Positions 43,340-58,472 of a stretch of 64,000 bases of DNA are shown here, piece after piece. Origin of the DNA: Eledone cirrhosa. Its lineage: Eukaryota. The stretch covers positions 340,256,001 through 340,320,000 of the forward strand of contig OZ024742.1 of the NCBI GenBank assembly GCA_964016885.1, read 5' to 3'. Within the stretch, counting starts at the first letter, position 1; each line of letters opens with the position of its first letter. Position numbers and translations under genes: made by a program. Below the pieces are notes generated by a model. It saw nothing but the letters and a program-made list of their open reading frames with translations. It searched no databases and was not told the origin of the DNA.

Positions 43340-43530
43340 TATTGACTGGACACCCATCACTGCAGGGATTAACCCTCCCCCTCAGCTGTTACACATTTTT
43401 TCAGCTGACTGAACTGGAGCAAACTTAAATGAAGCTTCTTATTAAAAAAAATAAAACGTCACCTGGTCTAGAATTCGAACACCTTAACTTGTCATCGTGA
43501 GTCAGGAAGTCTTACCACCAGACCTCATGC
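43340..43530 (-). mobile_element. Decayed SINE family B
   Basis: TTTTCAGCTGA.TGAACTGGAGCAA...GAATTCGAAC. Confidence 0.55.
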
Positions 43531-43717
43531 CGTTACACAGAATGGTTGAAATTACCTTTTTTTTCAGAATATAAGACATGAATATTTAGCACTACTTATA
43601 CAAGGTTTCGAACCAACGCTCTTGTGGTTGCGAGTGCAGCACCTTTGCTACTAGGCCACATGGTGAGAAGCGGTGAAATATCCGTATGTTTTAAAATTTA
43701 ACAACTAATCATTATTT

Positions 43718-43910
43718 TGGTGGATTGGCAGAATCGGTAGAGCGTTGGACAGTATGCTTAGCGGCATAGAGTTATGGCCCTTTGTGTTATCTGAGTTCAA
43801 ATCCCGCCGAGGTTAAACTTTGCCTTTCATCCTTACGGTGTCTATAAAATAAAGTACCAGTAGTTCAGTGAGGTAGTTGCTGGCCTTGTGCGAAAAGTAG
43901 AAACAATTAT
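43718..43910 (+). mobile_element. SINE family A, full length
   Basis: Head, B-box, core and AGAAACAATTATT end. Confidence 0.88.
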
Positions 43911-44109
43911 TTTAAAGAAAATCTTCTGGGGAAAAAGTTAGCTCTATTTATGGCATCGAACCCACAACCTTATGATCATTAGTTAGACATCCCAACCAGA
44001 AAGCCACGTGTCTTCACCAAGATTAGGTTAACTACTGTGTTTTACAGAATATAAGACGTAAATATACTTTTACGAAAAAGCTTAGATAAAAATAGTTGAT
44101 ATTCAGCTC

Positions 44110-47100
44110 TACATGTACATGGGATCTGTATGTATATATATACATGGCTTCTGTATAGTATATATATATAACTACATGGCTTCTGTATAGTATATATATA
44201 TATACATGGCTTCTGTATAGTATATATATATATATACATAGCTTCTGTATAGTATATATATATATATATATATACATGGCTTCTGTATAATATATATCTA
44301 CATGGCTTCTGTAAAGTATATATATATACATGGCTTCTGTATAATATATATATAACTACATGGCTTCTGTATAGTATATATATACACATGGCTTCTGTAT
44401 AATATATATAACTACATGGCTTCTGTATAGTATATATATATATACATAGCTTCTGTATAGTATATATATAACTACATGGCTTCTGTATAGTATATATATA
44501 TATACATGGCTTCTGTAAAGTATATATACATGGCTTCTGTATAGTATATATATATACATAGCTTCTGTATAGTATATATATAACTACATGGCTTCTGTAT
44601 AGTATATATATATATACATGGCTTCTGTAAAGTATATATACATGGCTTCTGTATAGTATATATATATACATGGCTTCTGTATAGTATATATATAACTACA
44701 TGGCTTCTGTATAGTATATATATATATATATATACATGGCTTCTGTATAGTATATATATAACTACATGGCTTCTGTATAATATATATAACTACATGGCTT
44801 CTGTATAGTATATATATATATATATATACATGGCTTCTGTATAGTATATATATAACTACATGGCTTCTGTAAAGTATATATATATATACATGGCTTCTGT
44901 ATAGTATATATATAACTACATGGCTTCTGTATAGTATATATATAACTACATGGCTTCTGTATAGTATATATATATATATATATACATGGCTTCTGTATAG
45001 TATATATATAACTACATGGCTTCTGTATAGTATATATATATATATATATACATGGCTTCTGTATAGTATATATATAACTACATGGCTTCTGTATAGTATA
45101 TATATATATATATATACATGGCTTCTGTATAGTATATATATAACTACATGGCTTCTGTATAGTATATATATATATATATATACATGGCTTCTGTATAGTA
45201 TATATATATATATATATATACATGGCTTCTGTATAATATATATAACTACATGGCTTCTGTATAGTATATATATATATACATGGCTTCTGTATAGTATATA
45301 TATATATATATATATACATGGCTTCTGTATAGTATATATATAACTACATGGCTTCTGTATAGTATATATATATATATATATACATGGCTTCTGTATAGTA
45401 TATATATATATACATGGCTTCTGTATAATATATATATATATATATACATGGCTTCTGTATAGTATATATATAACTACATGGCTTCTGTATATATATATAT
45501 ATATATATACATGGCTTCTGTATAGTATATATATATATACATGGCTTCTGTATAGTATATATATATATATGGCTTCTGTATAGTATATATATATATACAT
45601 GGCTTCTGTATAGTATATATATATACATGGCTTCTGTATAGTATATATATATATATACATAGCTTCTGTATAGTATATATATATATATATATATACATGG
45701 CTTCTGTATAATATATATCTACATGGCTTCTGTAAAGTATATATATATACATGGCTTCTGTATAGTATATATATATATATACATAGCTTCTGTATAGTAT
45801 ATATATATATATGGCTTCTGTATAGTATATATATAACTACATGGCTTCTGTATAGTATATATATATACATGGCTTCTGTATAGTATATATATATATATAT
45901 ATATACATGGCTTCTGTATAGTATATATATATACACATGGCTTCTGTATAGTATATATATATATATGGCTTCTGTATAGTATATATATAACTACATGGCT
46001 TCTGTATAGTATATATATATAACTACATGGCTTCTGTATAGTATATATATATATACATGGCTTCTGTATAGTATATATATATATACATGGCTTCTGTATA
46101 GTATATATATAACTACATGGCTTCTGTATAGTATATATATATATACATGGCTTCTGTATAATATATATAACTACATGGCTTCTGTATAATATATATAACT
46201 ACATGGCTTCTGTATAGTATATATATATATACATGGCTTCTGTATAATATATATATATACACATGGCTTCTGTATAGTATATATATATACACATGGCTTC
46301 TGTATAGTATATATATATCTACATGGCTTCTGTAAAGTATATATATATACACATGGCTTCTGTATAGTATATATATATATACATGGCTTCTGTATAGTAT
46401 ATATATATACACATGGCTTCTGTATAGTATATATATATATACATGGCTTCTGTATAGTATATATATAACTACATGGCTTCTGTATAGTATATATATATAT
46501 ATACATGGCTTCTGTATAGTATATATATATACACATGGCTTCTGTATAGTATATATATATACACATGGCTTCTGTATAGTATATATATATATACATGGCT
46601 TCTGTATAGTATATATATATACACATGGCTTCTGTATAGTATATATATATACACATGGCTTCTGTATAGTATATATATATATACATGGCTTCTGTATAGT
46701 ATATATATATACACATGGCTTCTGTAAAGTATATATATATACACATGGCTTCTGTATAGTATATATATATATACATGGCTTCTGTATAGTATATATATAT
46801 ATACATGGCTTCTGTATAGTATATATATAACTACATGGCTTCTGTATAGTATATATATATATATATGGCTTCTGTATAGTATATATATAACTACATGGCT
46901 TCTGTATAGTATATATATAACTACATGGCTTCTGTATAGTATATATCTATATATATATGGCTTCTGTATAGTATATATATATATACATGGCTTCTGTATA
47001 GTATATATATATATATATATGGCTTCTGTATAGTATATATATAACTACATGGCTTCTGTATAGTATATATCTATATATATATGGCTTCTGTATAGTATAT

Positions 47101-47505
47101 ATATATATACATGGCTTCTGTATAGTATATATATATATATACATGGCTTCTGTATAATATATATCTACATGGCTTCTGTATAGTATATATATACATGGCT
47201 GCTATATATATATTATACATGGCTGCTATATATATACATGGCTGCTATATATATTATACATGGCTGCTATATAGTATATATATACATGGCTGCTACATAT
47301 ATATATATCTACATAGCTGCTATATAGTATATATATACATAGCTGCTATATAGTATATATATACATGGCTGCTATATAGTATATATATACGTGGCTGCTA
47401 TATTGTATATACAGTATATATATACATGGCTGCTATATAGTATATATATATACATGGCTGCTATATAGTATATATATACATGGCTGCTATATAGTATATA
47501 TATGC
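44110..47505. repeat. ~30-bp minisatellite CATGGCTTCTGTATAG(TA)n
   Basis: On the order of 100 units with variable TA spacer; GGCTGCTA variant in the last ~300 bp. Confidence 0.95.
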
Positions 47506-48137
47506 ATGGGGCTGCAGAACAATAATATAAGAGACACTCCATTCCAGAAACTAATTAGTTGGAAGTGATATTTTAGTAAGTAAGTTAATTTTATAATTTT
47601 CTTATTTTACGTCTCATATATTATTGTTCTGCAACCCCATGCATTGAACCACACTGTTATTAAGACAAAACCTATATATTTGCTAGCATTGATATGCATC
47701 TGTATGTATATATATGTTACTAGATATGAATTCTTTATTATTATCTCCAAATTATTTGTCGAGCAATATTGGCCATGACTGCTGCTACGGTTGTAGGCAG
47801 GCCGCTGTCTTATTAGCAAACCACTTTCCACTGATTGACCTCGATGTCACGTATTCGATTCTTTTTGAATTTGCCACAGACGTAGAGGCAGTGATTTTCT
47901 CAATGGCTTGGAATTCAGTCCACGCTTCGCTATTTCCTATCCACTGAATTATTTTTGAATAAGTTTCCAGTGTCCTCGCTTTGCCTGGAAACTTACATGA
48001 GAATAGACTTTCCTGACGACGGAATGCTTCTATATATTATTCTTCGGAAAATATATTTACTCCATTCCAGAAACTAATTAGTTGGAAGTGATATTTTAGT
48101 AAGTAAGTTAATTTTATAATTTTCTTATTTTACGTCT

Positions 48138-48140
<3 letters not shown>
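47504..48140 (+). mobile_element. Family F HHR element, copy 2 (~522-nt repeat period)
   Basis: 47536-47617 recurs at 48059-48140; short inverted start 47504-47535. Confidence 0.8.
48007..48089 (+). ncRNA. Type I hammerhead ribozyme (family F)
   Basis: actttc-CTGACGA-cggaatg...cattcca-GAAA-ctaattag-TT-ggaagt. Confidence 0.82.
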
Positions 48141-48188
<48 letters not shown>

Positions 48189-48715
48189 GTGTGTGTATAT
48201 ATATGTGTGTGTATATATATGTGTGTGTATATATATATATATATATACATGAGTGCTTCCTAGTATATTATTATTTAATTCATATCTTCTTTATATAAAT
48301 TACAGGCAGATTTTGACATTGAATTTTGGGGTTAAAAAAGTGTATCATTTGCACTTATTATTTTCTGCCATCTCTTTGAAATACCAAATCCTGTCATCAC
48401 GTCACATTAGAGGCTATGTATTTGTTCCTCGATAAAGGTATGCAAAAGTTAAATATAACGTTGAAATACTTATGGTGGTTGTCGATGGCCAAGTTCCAAA
48501 GATTTCAGAATATAACTTTCTCTTGCCAAACGTTCACCATATTAACTATGACTGTAACATTTTTATATAGTCTTTTTTCTCTCTAATCTCTACGCTACTT
48601 AAACCAATGAGGTAGGATGTTTGCCAATGTATCTTTTTCCTTTCATCCATCGTAATCGCTGTAGTTTGTGGTATCTACTTGTATGTATATATTACACACA
48701 GACACACACACATAA

Positions 48716-48872
<157 letters not shown>

Positions 48873-49834
48873 ATGTGTGTGTGTAGCGTGCTAATCGGTT
48901 CAGCAAACATGTTACATTTTGTGACAATATAAAATGAATGGTGTTTTGTGATAATAAATTAATTTTGAATAAATCGCCCGCAAACCATTATTTATGCAAA
49001 TCAAACAGGTCATTAAACTCCTTACATTTAGTGAATATACATATAAAATTATTAGGTACATACATACACACGCGGTCACAAACATGCACAGACACACACA
49101 CATACGTATACATGTATATTTGCATACGCATGTATTTATATGTACAAGTTATAGTTTGGTTGTAGATTTACAGATATAAAAATAACAAGAATTTACTTAC
49201 GGGGTGACTTGATACATAAAGTAGAATCATAAACATTATATATGAAGTTCCAGTTAATAAACATACAAATCACGTTCATAGATAGAAATATACATACATA
49301 CATGCATACATACATACATACATACATACATACATACATACATACATACATACATACATACATACATACATACATGCATGCATACATACATATATACCCC
49401 CCCCCACACACACACACACATACATACAAAAATTGTCAGGAAACACATAACATATTGATGAAAAGAGATCGCTAAAAAAAGTTTCATTCGGAGAAGCTAT
49501 TGCAGTTTCAAAATCCAAAAGCATACCGGGTAGAATTTCAATAGAATAATATGGACATCATTAACAGACTGGAGTTATCTTCAGAGGATTAAATCTGTAA
49601 CGTATGAGGAAATAATATATGTATAGGGAGTGGTCATGATAAACACTAATGAGCGAGAAACAGGACTGTCGATCACTCTCCTTTGCCTTTGCCGAGAATA
49701 AGTAAGTGGCATAATCACTACTTTAAAACTCATAGCGAATGGTCTTCAAAATGTTACTAATTAAACATATAGTATATTGCCAAATATACTATACATACAT
49801 TCATGCATACATCGCTATTTTAGAGCACCAATAC

Positions 49835-49901
<67 letters not shown>

Positions 49902-49939
49902 TAAATAATAACCAAAGAGTATTTAATCTTTCAAATATT

Positions 49940-49994
49940 TAATAACTAACCACTGTTTCATCCTAGTACAAGGCATATATCTTCAGAATTATTA
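49940..49994 (-). ncRNA. Type I hammerhead-like motif near a (TA)n junction
   Basis: Minus strand: taataatt-CTGAAGA-tatatgccttgtactaggat-GAAA-cagtgg-TT-agttatta. Confidence 0.6.
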
Positions 49995-51405
49995 GAAAAT
50001 TTTAATACAAATATAGGATCAAAACTTAGTTTCGGGAACATTTGGAGGATACATATTATGGGAGGTTAGATAAGAGTAAGCATTAATATTTATATAAGGT
50101 AACCAAGCAACCGAGGCGGAATACTAGTGAACAATAAGAGTAGATAACAAGTTAGGAGCAGATAAAATGCGGTAAAATAAAGTAAAATACATATGGTTAC
50201 TGATGAATGAAGTACAGTAAAAGTCCATATATAGTTGTTGACAAAATAAAACTTAAGGATTTAAGCATTTTAAAAGGTTAGATGCAAGTGTAGTATAGCA
50301 TAGGTTTACAGACAGGTGCAAGACTATAAGTTTGACCACACAATTCGGCCATAATAACGATTTTATAAACGTCCAAAAATGTTATGTTGTGGGGAATAAA
50401 TAAAATAATTAAGCTTTCAAAGTGAAAAAAAACTCAATATAAATGGAAGTACTATAGGTGAGGTATTTAAGACATACTACCTCAGGCATTATACAGTTCG
50501 ATTGAGGAGATCAAGTCATAAACTATCAAGAGTATAAAGCATATGACATAACATAGTAGTTAAAGATGTTTAGAAATCAATCCTTAAAAATACGGTTAAA
50601 TCAAAATAAAGGGGAGGTAATTCATGTAAGAAATACTAGATATTAAGGAAATGAATAAATAAATACTAGATATAAGGAAAATGATTAAATAAAGAACAAA
50701 TAAATTTATAAGTAAAATGTATGAGGATCGAATTAGAAAATTTCTAGAGCTAATGAGTACAAAACTATAAAACTTTAAAAGTTTAAAACATTTACAAATT
50801 TTATAGATAGAAATTATCTATGTATACTTAAATGTTATGCATTATTTAAAAAAAAAAAAAAAAATTATTTATGTATACTTAAAATGTTATACAATATTAA
50901 AGGATAAAGAAATTTATAAGTTAATTTTACTGGTATTGAATTGTTAATATTAATATATATATATATTAATATATATAATATTAATATATATATATTAATA
51001 TATATTACGGGGTCGATAAAATAAAGTACCAATAGTAGAAACAATTAATATATATAATGGGTGATACGATGGTTGTTATAATATTATTAGCTGAAAGTAA
51101 GGAAAATGAAGACTTGTGACATAAGGTGGGGAAACAATATATTATTAAAGTGACTAAATGTGATGTGGGGGTTGTAATAAAATTTAGTGGTTATAGAAAA
51201 TATTATTCAAAGTAGGAATCTATGAAGGAATGTGAAAACTGATTGACCCTATCTAGTATATAGATATATTATATAACTTTTAGGTTTTATGGTGCTTTTA
51301 AGTAATTATTATACAGTAATAGTAGTGGTACAAAAAATAAGGTATAAAATTTACATATATATACATTTATACGTATAAATATATATATATATATACTTAC
51401 ACACA

Positions 51406-52096
<691 letters not shown>

Positions 52097-52308
52097 ATAT
52101 GTATATATTTGGCATTATTTATCCTATACACTGGGTAATTGCTGGCCTTGTGCCTAAAGTAGAAACAATTATTTATCCTGACAAAATTGCTAAATGCATT
52201 ATATACTATATTTTATTGAGTACTCATTTCATTGGTTCCCCCTTACTTCTGGAGTGAGAAAGACTAACACATATACATTCCACACACACACTCATGTATA
52301 TCTATCTT

Positions 52309-52436
<128 letters not shown>

Positions 52437-52477
52437 GTCTGTATACAGTAAATATATATATTAATGTAGATAGATAG

Positions 52478-52700
52478 AGAAGTGTGGTAAGGAACCAGGT
52501 GGACCGTAACGCACCAGAGTACTCAATACTTAGGGTAGTAGAGTGGGTAATAGGAAAATCTTCAAGACCCTGACGGCAGAGCTCGAGCCGTCTCGACGGC
52601 TATTTCTGGACTAAATTAGAATTTTTAGCGTGGTAATAAATAGTCGAAGTTTTCAAGGGGTAATTCCTTATATGGGAAGATTGTAGTTGTCAAAAGGGTT
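52478..52700 (-). mobile_element. Diverged 3' terminus related to the 14257-18350 PLE, with decayed U3-A8 HHR
   Basis: Reverse complement resembles ~18130-18345; core TTGAAAA. Confidence 0.75.
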
Positions 52701-53090
52701 CGTCAAATGTTGACCCATTGAAAATTTTATATATATATATATATATAATCAAACGAAATTTCATATCGGTCGATTACATTAATTGTTGTTTTATTTTTGA
52801 TAACCATTTATTTTATGTCCGTTGTATGAGAAACAAAATGCCGTTTGTTTACAATGTTCACAATAGAAAGAAAACTTCAATTTATGCCACGCTACAAATA
52901 ATTGAGTTTTGATTCCCTACAAGTTTGGTTCTGAGAGTCGGAAGTTACACACATTCACTCATACAACCCCAGGTTTCGTTAGCTCCTCATCAGTTTGAAT
53001 TATCCTCTAGTAATTTTTCCTCCTATCACAATCTTATATTTCACACTTCAGTAATAGTAATTTTCTATTTACACAATTCACATTATTGTG

Positions 53091-53340
53091 AAGGTGCATG
53101 GCTTAGTGGTTAGAGCATTGAACTTGCAATCGAAAGGTTGTGAGTTCAATTCTGGGACCGGGTGATGTGTTGATTCGCTGAGCAAGACACTTTATTTCAC
53201 GTTGCTCCAGTTTACTCAGCTGTAGAAATGAGATGATAGGACTGGGGTCCCTATCATTAAATTACCCAAGATACCTCCGACGAGATATACCTTGGAGGAG
53301 GCCAGCTAAACCTGCATACGGGTGAGCTGTCACACACAAT
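53091..53340 (+). mobile_element. tRNA-derived SINE family B
   Basis: A-box TGGCTTAGTGG, B-box GAGTTCAATTC; matches 10716-10958. Confidence 0.85.
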
Positions 53341-54360
53341 TGTAACATCCCAAACTGGATTAAGTTAGAGCCCGCAATTTTGGGGTGGTGTTGAGTGGGA
53401 GAACTTCGTCATTGTCCTTACAGTTGTATATATTGGTATTTCATTTTATATTTACACAATTCACATTATTCTTCCCTAGTCTTGTCTGGACTCCTCCTCC
53501 GAGTGACATTTCTTCTTAGTTTACATAAGATCCTCCCTTGGGATTTGAAATTCCTCCTGTACAAGACAAGTACCTCCCGTTTTTGAAAATGGTGGAAAAC
53601 GCCCTTCCTTTTATAAAATATTAGGATTTAATTCGTGGGATCCTTGACTAGTATTTCAAATAAATCATTTGGACCTCTTTAGAATTACTTTATCCAATGC
53701 GTAATTACCAACTCCTCCTCCTCCTCCCCCCTCTCTTCTCTGATTGTCTCAAACACTTCCCCAACCCCGCCTCTCTGTTCTACAATATGTATGCAATTTT
53801 CATTTAAATACCTGTTACCTCTCCTTATCTCTATTATTAGCAGTATCTAAAGACCACATCTTCCATCTCTCCTTCTCACACCTCTTCTCAGCTCATAACT
53901 ACCCCGGCTCTCCCCCATAACACACATCCTCCCTCTCTATCTACCCCCCCCCCTACCTAACCCCTCTACCTCCCCTCACACATCCCCCCTCAGCTCTCAC
54001 CAGCTTATATCTACTCCAATTACTCCCTCATCGCACGACCCCGTCCTCCCCGTTATCACCCACCACTTTTATCCCCATCTCTATCCCATACCTCCTCTCC
54101 TCCCTCACACACAACCCCCCTCTAATCTCCCCCCCTCTATACCACACTACCCACCTATACCCAACTTACCTGTTACCTGTCCTTCCATTATCAGTATGTA
54201 ATGTTATCAATTAAAATTGATTGTCGTTCACCTTTCTTACTCTTTAATTCAAACACTTTCCAGAATAAACTAAAAAGAAGCGATTCCCACAGAAATATAC
54301 TCACATTCACATGCAGGTGTATATATATACCTGCATGTGAATGTGAGTATATTTCTGTGC

Positions 54361-54397
<37 letters not shown>

Positions 54398-54585
54398 TAA
54401 ACGGAATAGAAAATTCTGACAAATTGTTCACAGTTGAAAAATGGTTTAATTAGGAATAAAAGAGTATTAGTGATTGTATGGGTTAGTATTCAGTTGTGGT
54501 TTTAAGTTTTTAAGTTTTTACCGGTTGCGCATTTCTAAATGCTTTTCAAAAATAATTTTGAGATAGAGTGTCCGTGCTGTTTGCT

Positions 54586-54723
<138 letters not shown>

Positions 54724-54825
54724 AACACACACACTTATATATATGTATATATATTGTTATACTTGGGGACACACGATTTCATATCAAAAACCTCGCAAAA
54801 CTAATATATATATATATATATATAT

Positions 54826-56067
54826 GCAAAAGTTCTATTTAAATTGTTGGGATACAACAAGCAAATATTATTACAACTGATATAAAGCACTCGACAAATA
54901 TTTGGAGTAGATATACAATATTAATAAATGGAAACTATATTTATAAAACTATATTTATTTCATTATATATATTTCAAGGATACCAAGTTAAATCATGGTA
55001 TGCCTTCATCAGACAAAGTACAATATATAACAGTTTTACAAATAGATATTGACGTACCCTTTCAAAAAGGTGACCGTTGTTTTTGGAGGCCACAGGATAG
55101 TGATTAGTTTACTTTAGTAAGTCATAGTGTTAAGGGTAAGTAAAAAGATGGAGAGAGAGAAAAACGTGGAAAAAAGATAGATAAAGAAAAAGAAGAAAGC
55201 AAAAAGAAAAGAGAACAGATATACATAATTTAACAGCCATAAATGCAGAAAAGTTAATCCTATATATTTATATATATATACTAAAATGTTTTAATTAATA
55301 ACACAAGGAGTGTATAGCAATAATAAAAAATCACTTATGCTTTCTATGTATACATTATGTGCGGGAGTAGATATAATGTGTATTTTCTGAGTGAGTGAGT
55401 ATATATATATATTTATTTACCTTTGCCTATGTATATGTGATATACGATAGATAATCTCTCTAGCAATATATATATTTTATAATGTTTAAATTCCAATTTT
55501 TAATATATTGAACTCAATTTTTAAACTAAATATCTAATCATAATTAAACAATGTGTAATTTCTCATATTATATATCTATATTCCATTCATGAATATTAAT
55601 ATTTCTAATTTTATTTATTCATTTCATCTCAATTGTTAACTCAACTTAATATAACATAACTTCAGGTTTTCGTTCTCTTCCCCTCTCTCTATCTCTGCAT
55701 ATCTCTTTCTTGAGTTCTTTCTCTGTCTGATGTTTTGATATCTCCCCGTTATTTTTCCTCTGTTCTCTTTTCTTTTTGCTTTCTTCTTTTTCTTTATCTA
55801 TCTTTTCTCCACGTTTTTCTCTCTCTCCCTCTCTCCATCTTTTTACTTACCCTTAACACTATGACTTACTAAAGTAAACAAACCACTATCCTGATGGCCT
55901 CCAAAAACAACGGTCACCTTTTTGAAAGGGTACATCAATATCTATTTGTAAAACTGTTATATATTGTACTTTGTCTGATGAAGGTATACCATGATTTAAC
56001 TTGGTATCCTTGAAATATATATAATGAAATAAATATGGTTTTATAAATATAGTTTCCATTTATTAAT

Positions 56068-56072
<5 letters not shown>
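54826..56072 (-). mobile_element. Family D-related fold-back PLE end: arms ~54913-55219/55759-56072, extension 54826-54912; HHR at 55967-56031 (+)
   Basis: ~310-bp inverted repeat; CTGATGA-aggtatacca...tggtatcctt-GAAA-tatata-TA; (TA)n flanks. Confidence 0.8.
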
Positions 56073-56125
<53 letters not shown>

Positions 56126-56226
56126 TATATATTTACATATGTAAATATATATATATATATATCCCCGAAATATGTATAATGAAATAAATATGGTTATATA
56201 AATATAGTTTCCATTTGTTTAATATC

Positions 56227-56280
<54 letters not shown>

Positions 56281-56380
56281 CATATATATATATATATATA
56301 TATTGCGTGTATATGTATATATAGATATCCTATCTAACTATCTAGCCGTCTCTGTATTTGTATCTCTCTCACACTTTTGT

Positions 56381-56418
<38 letters not shown>

Positions 56419-56431
56419 CACACACACATTG

Positions 56432-56500
<69 letters not shown>

Positions 56501-56689
56501 TGTGTGTATATATCTGCGTATGTGTGTGTATATGTGAAAGTGAATGCATGTGTGTGGAAAGGTGTGTAGTAAAACTAAGACAGTGCGCGCGATAATGTCT
56601 TTGATGATTAAATGAATTGTATATTTGCATAGAGTGGGTGTGACTAACGTATGGGGCCTATTGGAAGGGAGTAGTGTACACACACCTAC

Positions 56690-57895
56690 ATGTAGCTATG
56701 TGTGTACGTGTGTATGGGTGTGTGTATGTGTGTGTGTACGTGTGTATGTATGTGTGTACGCGTGTGTGTATATGTATGTGTGTACGTGTGACTGTTTGTA
56801 TGTGTGTATGTATGTGTGTACGGGTGTTTGTATGTATGTGTGTACGTGTGTGTGTATGCACGTGTGTATGTATGTGTGTACGTGTGTGTGTGTATGTGTG
56901 TACGGGTGTGTGTATGTATGTGTGTACGGGTGTGTGTGTGTATGTGTGTAAGTGTGTGTGTATGTATGAGCGTATGTATGTGTGTACTGGTGTGTGTATG
57001 TATGTGTGTACGGGTGTGTGTATGTATGTGTGTACAGGTGTGTGTGTGTATGTGTGTACGTGTGTGTATATGTATGTATGTAAGGAAGTATGCATATATG
57101 CGTATGTATGTATGTATGTATGTATGTATGTATGTATGTGAGGATGTATGTATATATGTATGTAAGTGTGTACGTGTGTGTGTATGTATGTATGCGAGGA
57201 TGTATGTACATGTATATATGTATGTGTGTACGTGTGTGTGAATGTATGCCTGTGTATGTATATGTATGTATGTGTGTATGTGTGTGTATGTATGTCTGTG
57301 AGGATGTATGTATATATATGTACGTATGTGTGTGTGTGTGTATGTCTGTGAATATGTATGTATATGTATGTATGTATGTGTGTACGTGTGTGTGTATGCA
57401 CGTGTGTATGTATGTGTGTACGTGTGTGTGTGTATGTGAGTACGGGTGTGTGTATGCATGTGTGTACGGGTGTGTGTGTATGTGTGTAAGTGTGTGTGTA
57501 TGTATGAGCGTATGTAAGTGTGTACTGGTGTGTGTATGTATGTGTGTACGGGTGTGTGTATGTATGTGTGTACAGGTGTGTGTGTGTATGTGTGTACGTG
57601 TGTGTGTATGTATGAGGGTATGTAATTGTGTACGGGTGTGTGTATGTATGTGTATACGTGTGTGTGTATGTACGTGGGTATGTATGTGTGTACGTGTGTG
57701 TGTGTATGTGTGTACGTGTGTGTGTATGAATGTGAGGATGTATGTATATATATGTATGTATGTGTATGTGTGTATATATATGTATGTATATGTATGTGTA
57801 TGTGTATATGTATGTGTGTACGTATGTATGTGAGGATGTATGTATACATATGTATTTTGTGTGTACGTGTGTGTGTGTGTATGTATGTATGTGAG

Positions 57896-57939
<44 letters not shown>

Positions 57940-58472
57940 GGTGTACGTCTGTACCTGTGTGTATGTATATCTGTGAGGATGTGTGTATACATATGTATGT
58001 ACGTGTGTATGTGTGTACGTGTGTGCGTATCTATGTGAGGATGCGTGTATACATATGTAATATGTGTGTACGTGTGTGTATATGTATGTATGTAAGGAAG
58101 TATGCATATATGCGTATGTATGTATGTATGTATGTATGTATGTATGTATGTATGTATGTGAGGATGTATGTATATATGTATGTAAGTGTGTACGTGTGTG
58201 TGTATGTATGTATGCGAGGATGTATGTACATGTATATATGTATGTGTGTACGTGTGTGTGAATGTATGCCTGTGTATGTATATGTATGTATGTGTGTATG
58301 TGTGTGTATGTATGTCTGTGAGGATGTATGTATATATATGTACGTATGTGTGTGTGTATGTCTGTGAGTATGTATGTATATGTATGTATGTGTGTGTGTA
58401 CGAGTGTTTGCTTGTCTGTGAGGATGTATGTATATATGTATGTATGTATGTATGTATCTATGTATGTATATG
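56690..58472. repeat. Complex TG/TATG/TACG low-complexity array with internal duplications
   Basis: Direct inspection; ~57050-57330 recurs at ~58063-58350. Confidence 0.9.

Noticed and set aside
44110-47505. CRISPR-like repeat-spacer appearance
   Set aside because: Spacers are just (TA)n of varying length, not unique sequences; eukaryotic context and no cas genes
53091-53165. tRNA genes suggested by A/B boxes (also 10205, 29130-29203, 43600-43660, 43718)
   Set aside because: No complete cloverleaf; most continue into SINE bodies, and 43600-43660 looks like an isolated decayed head
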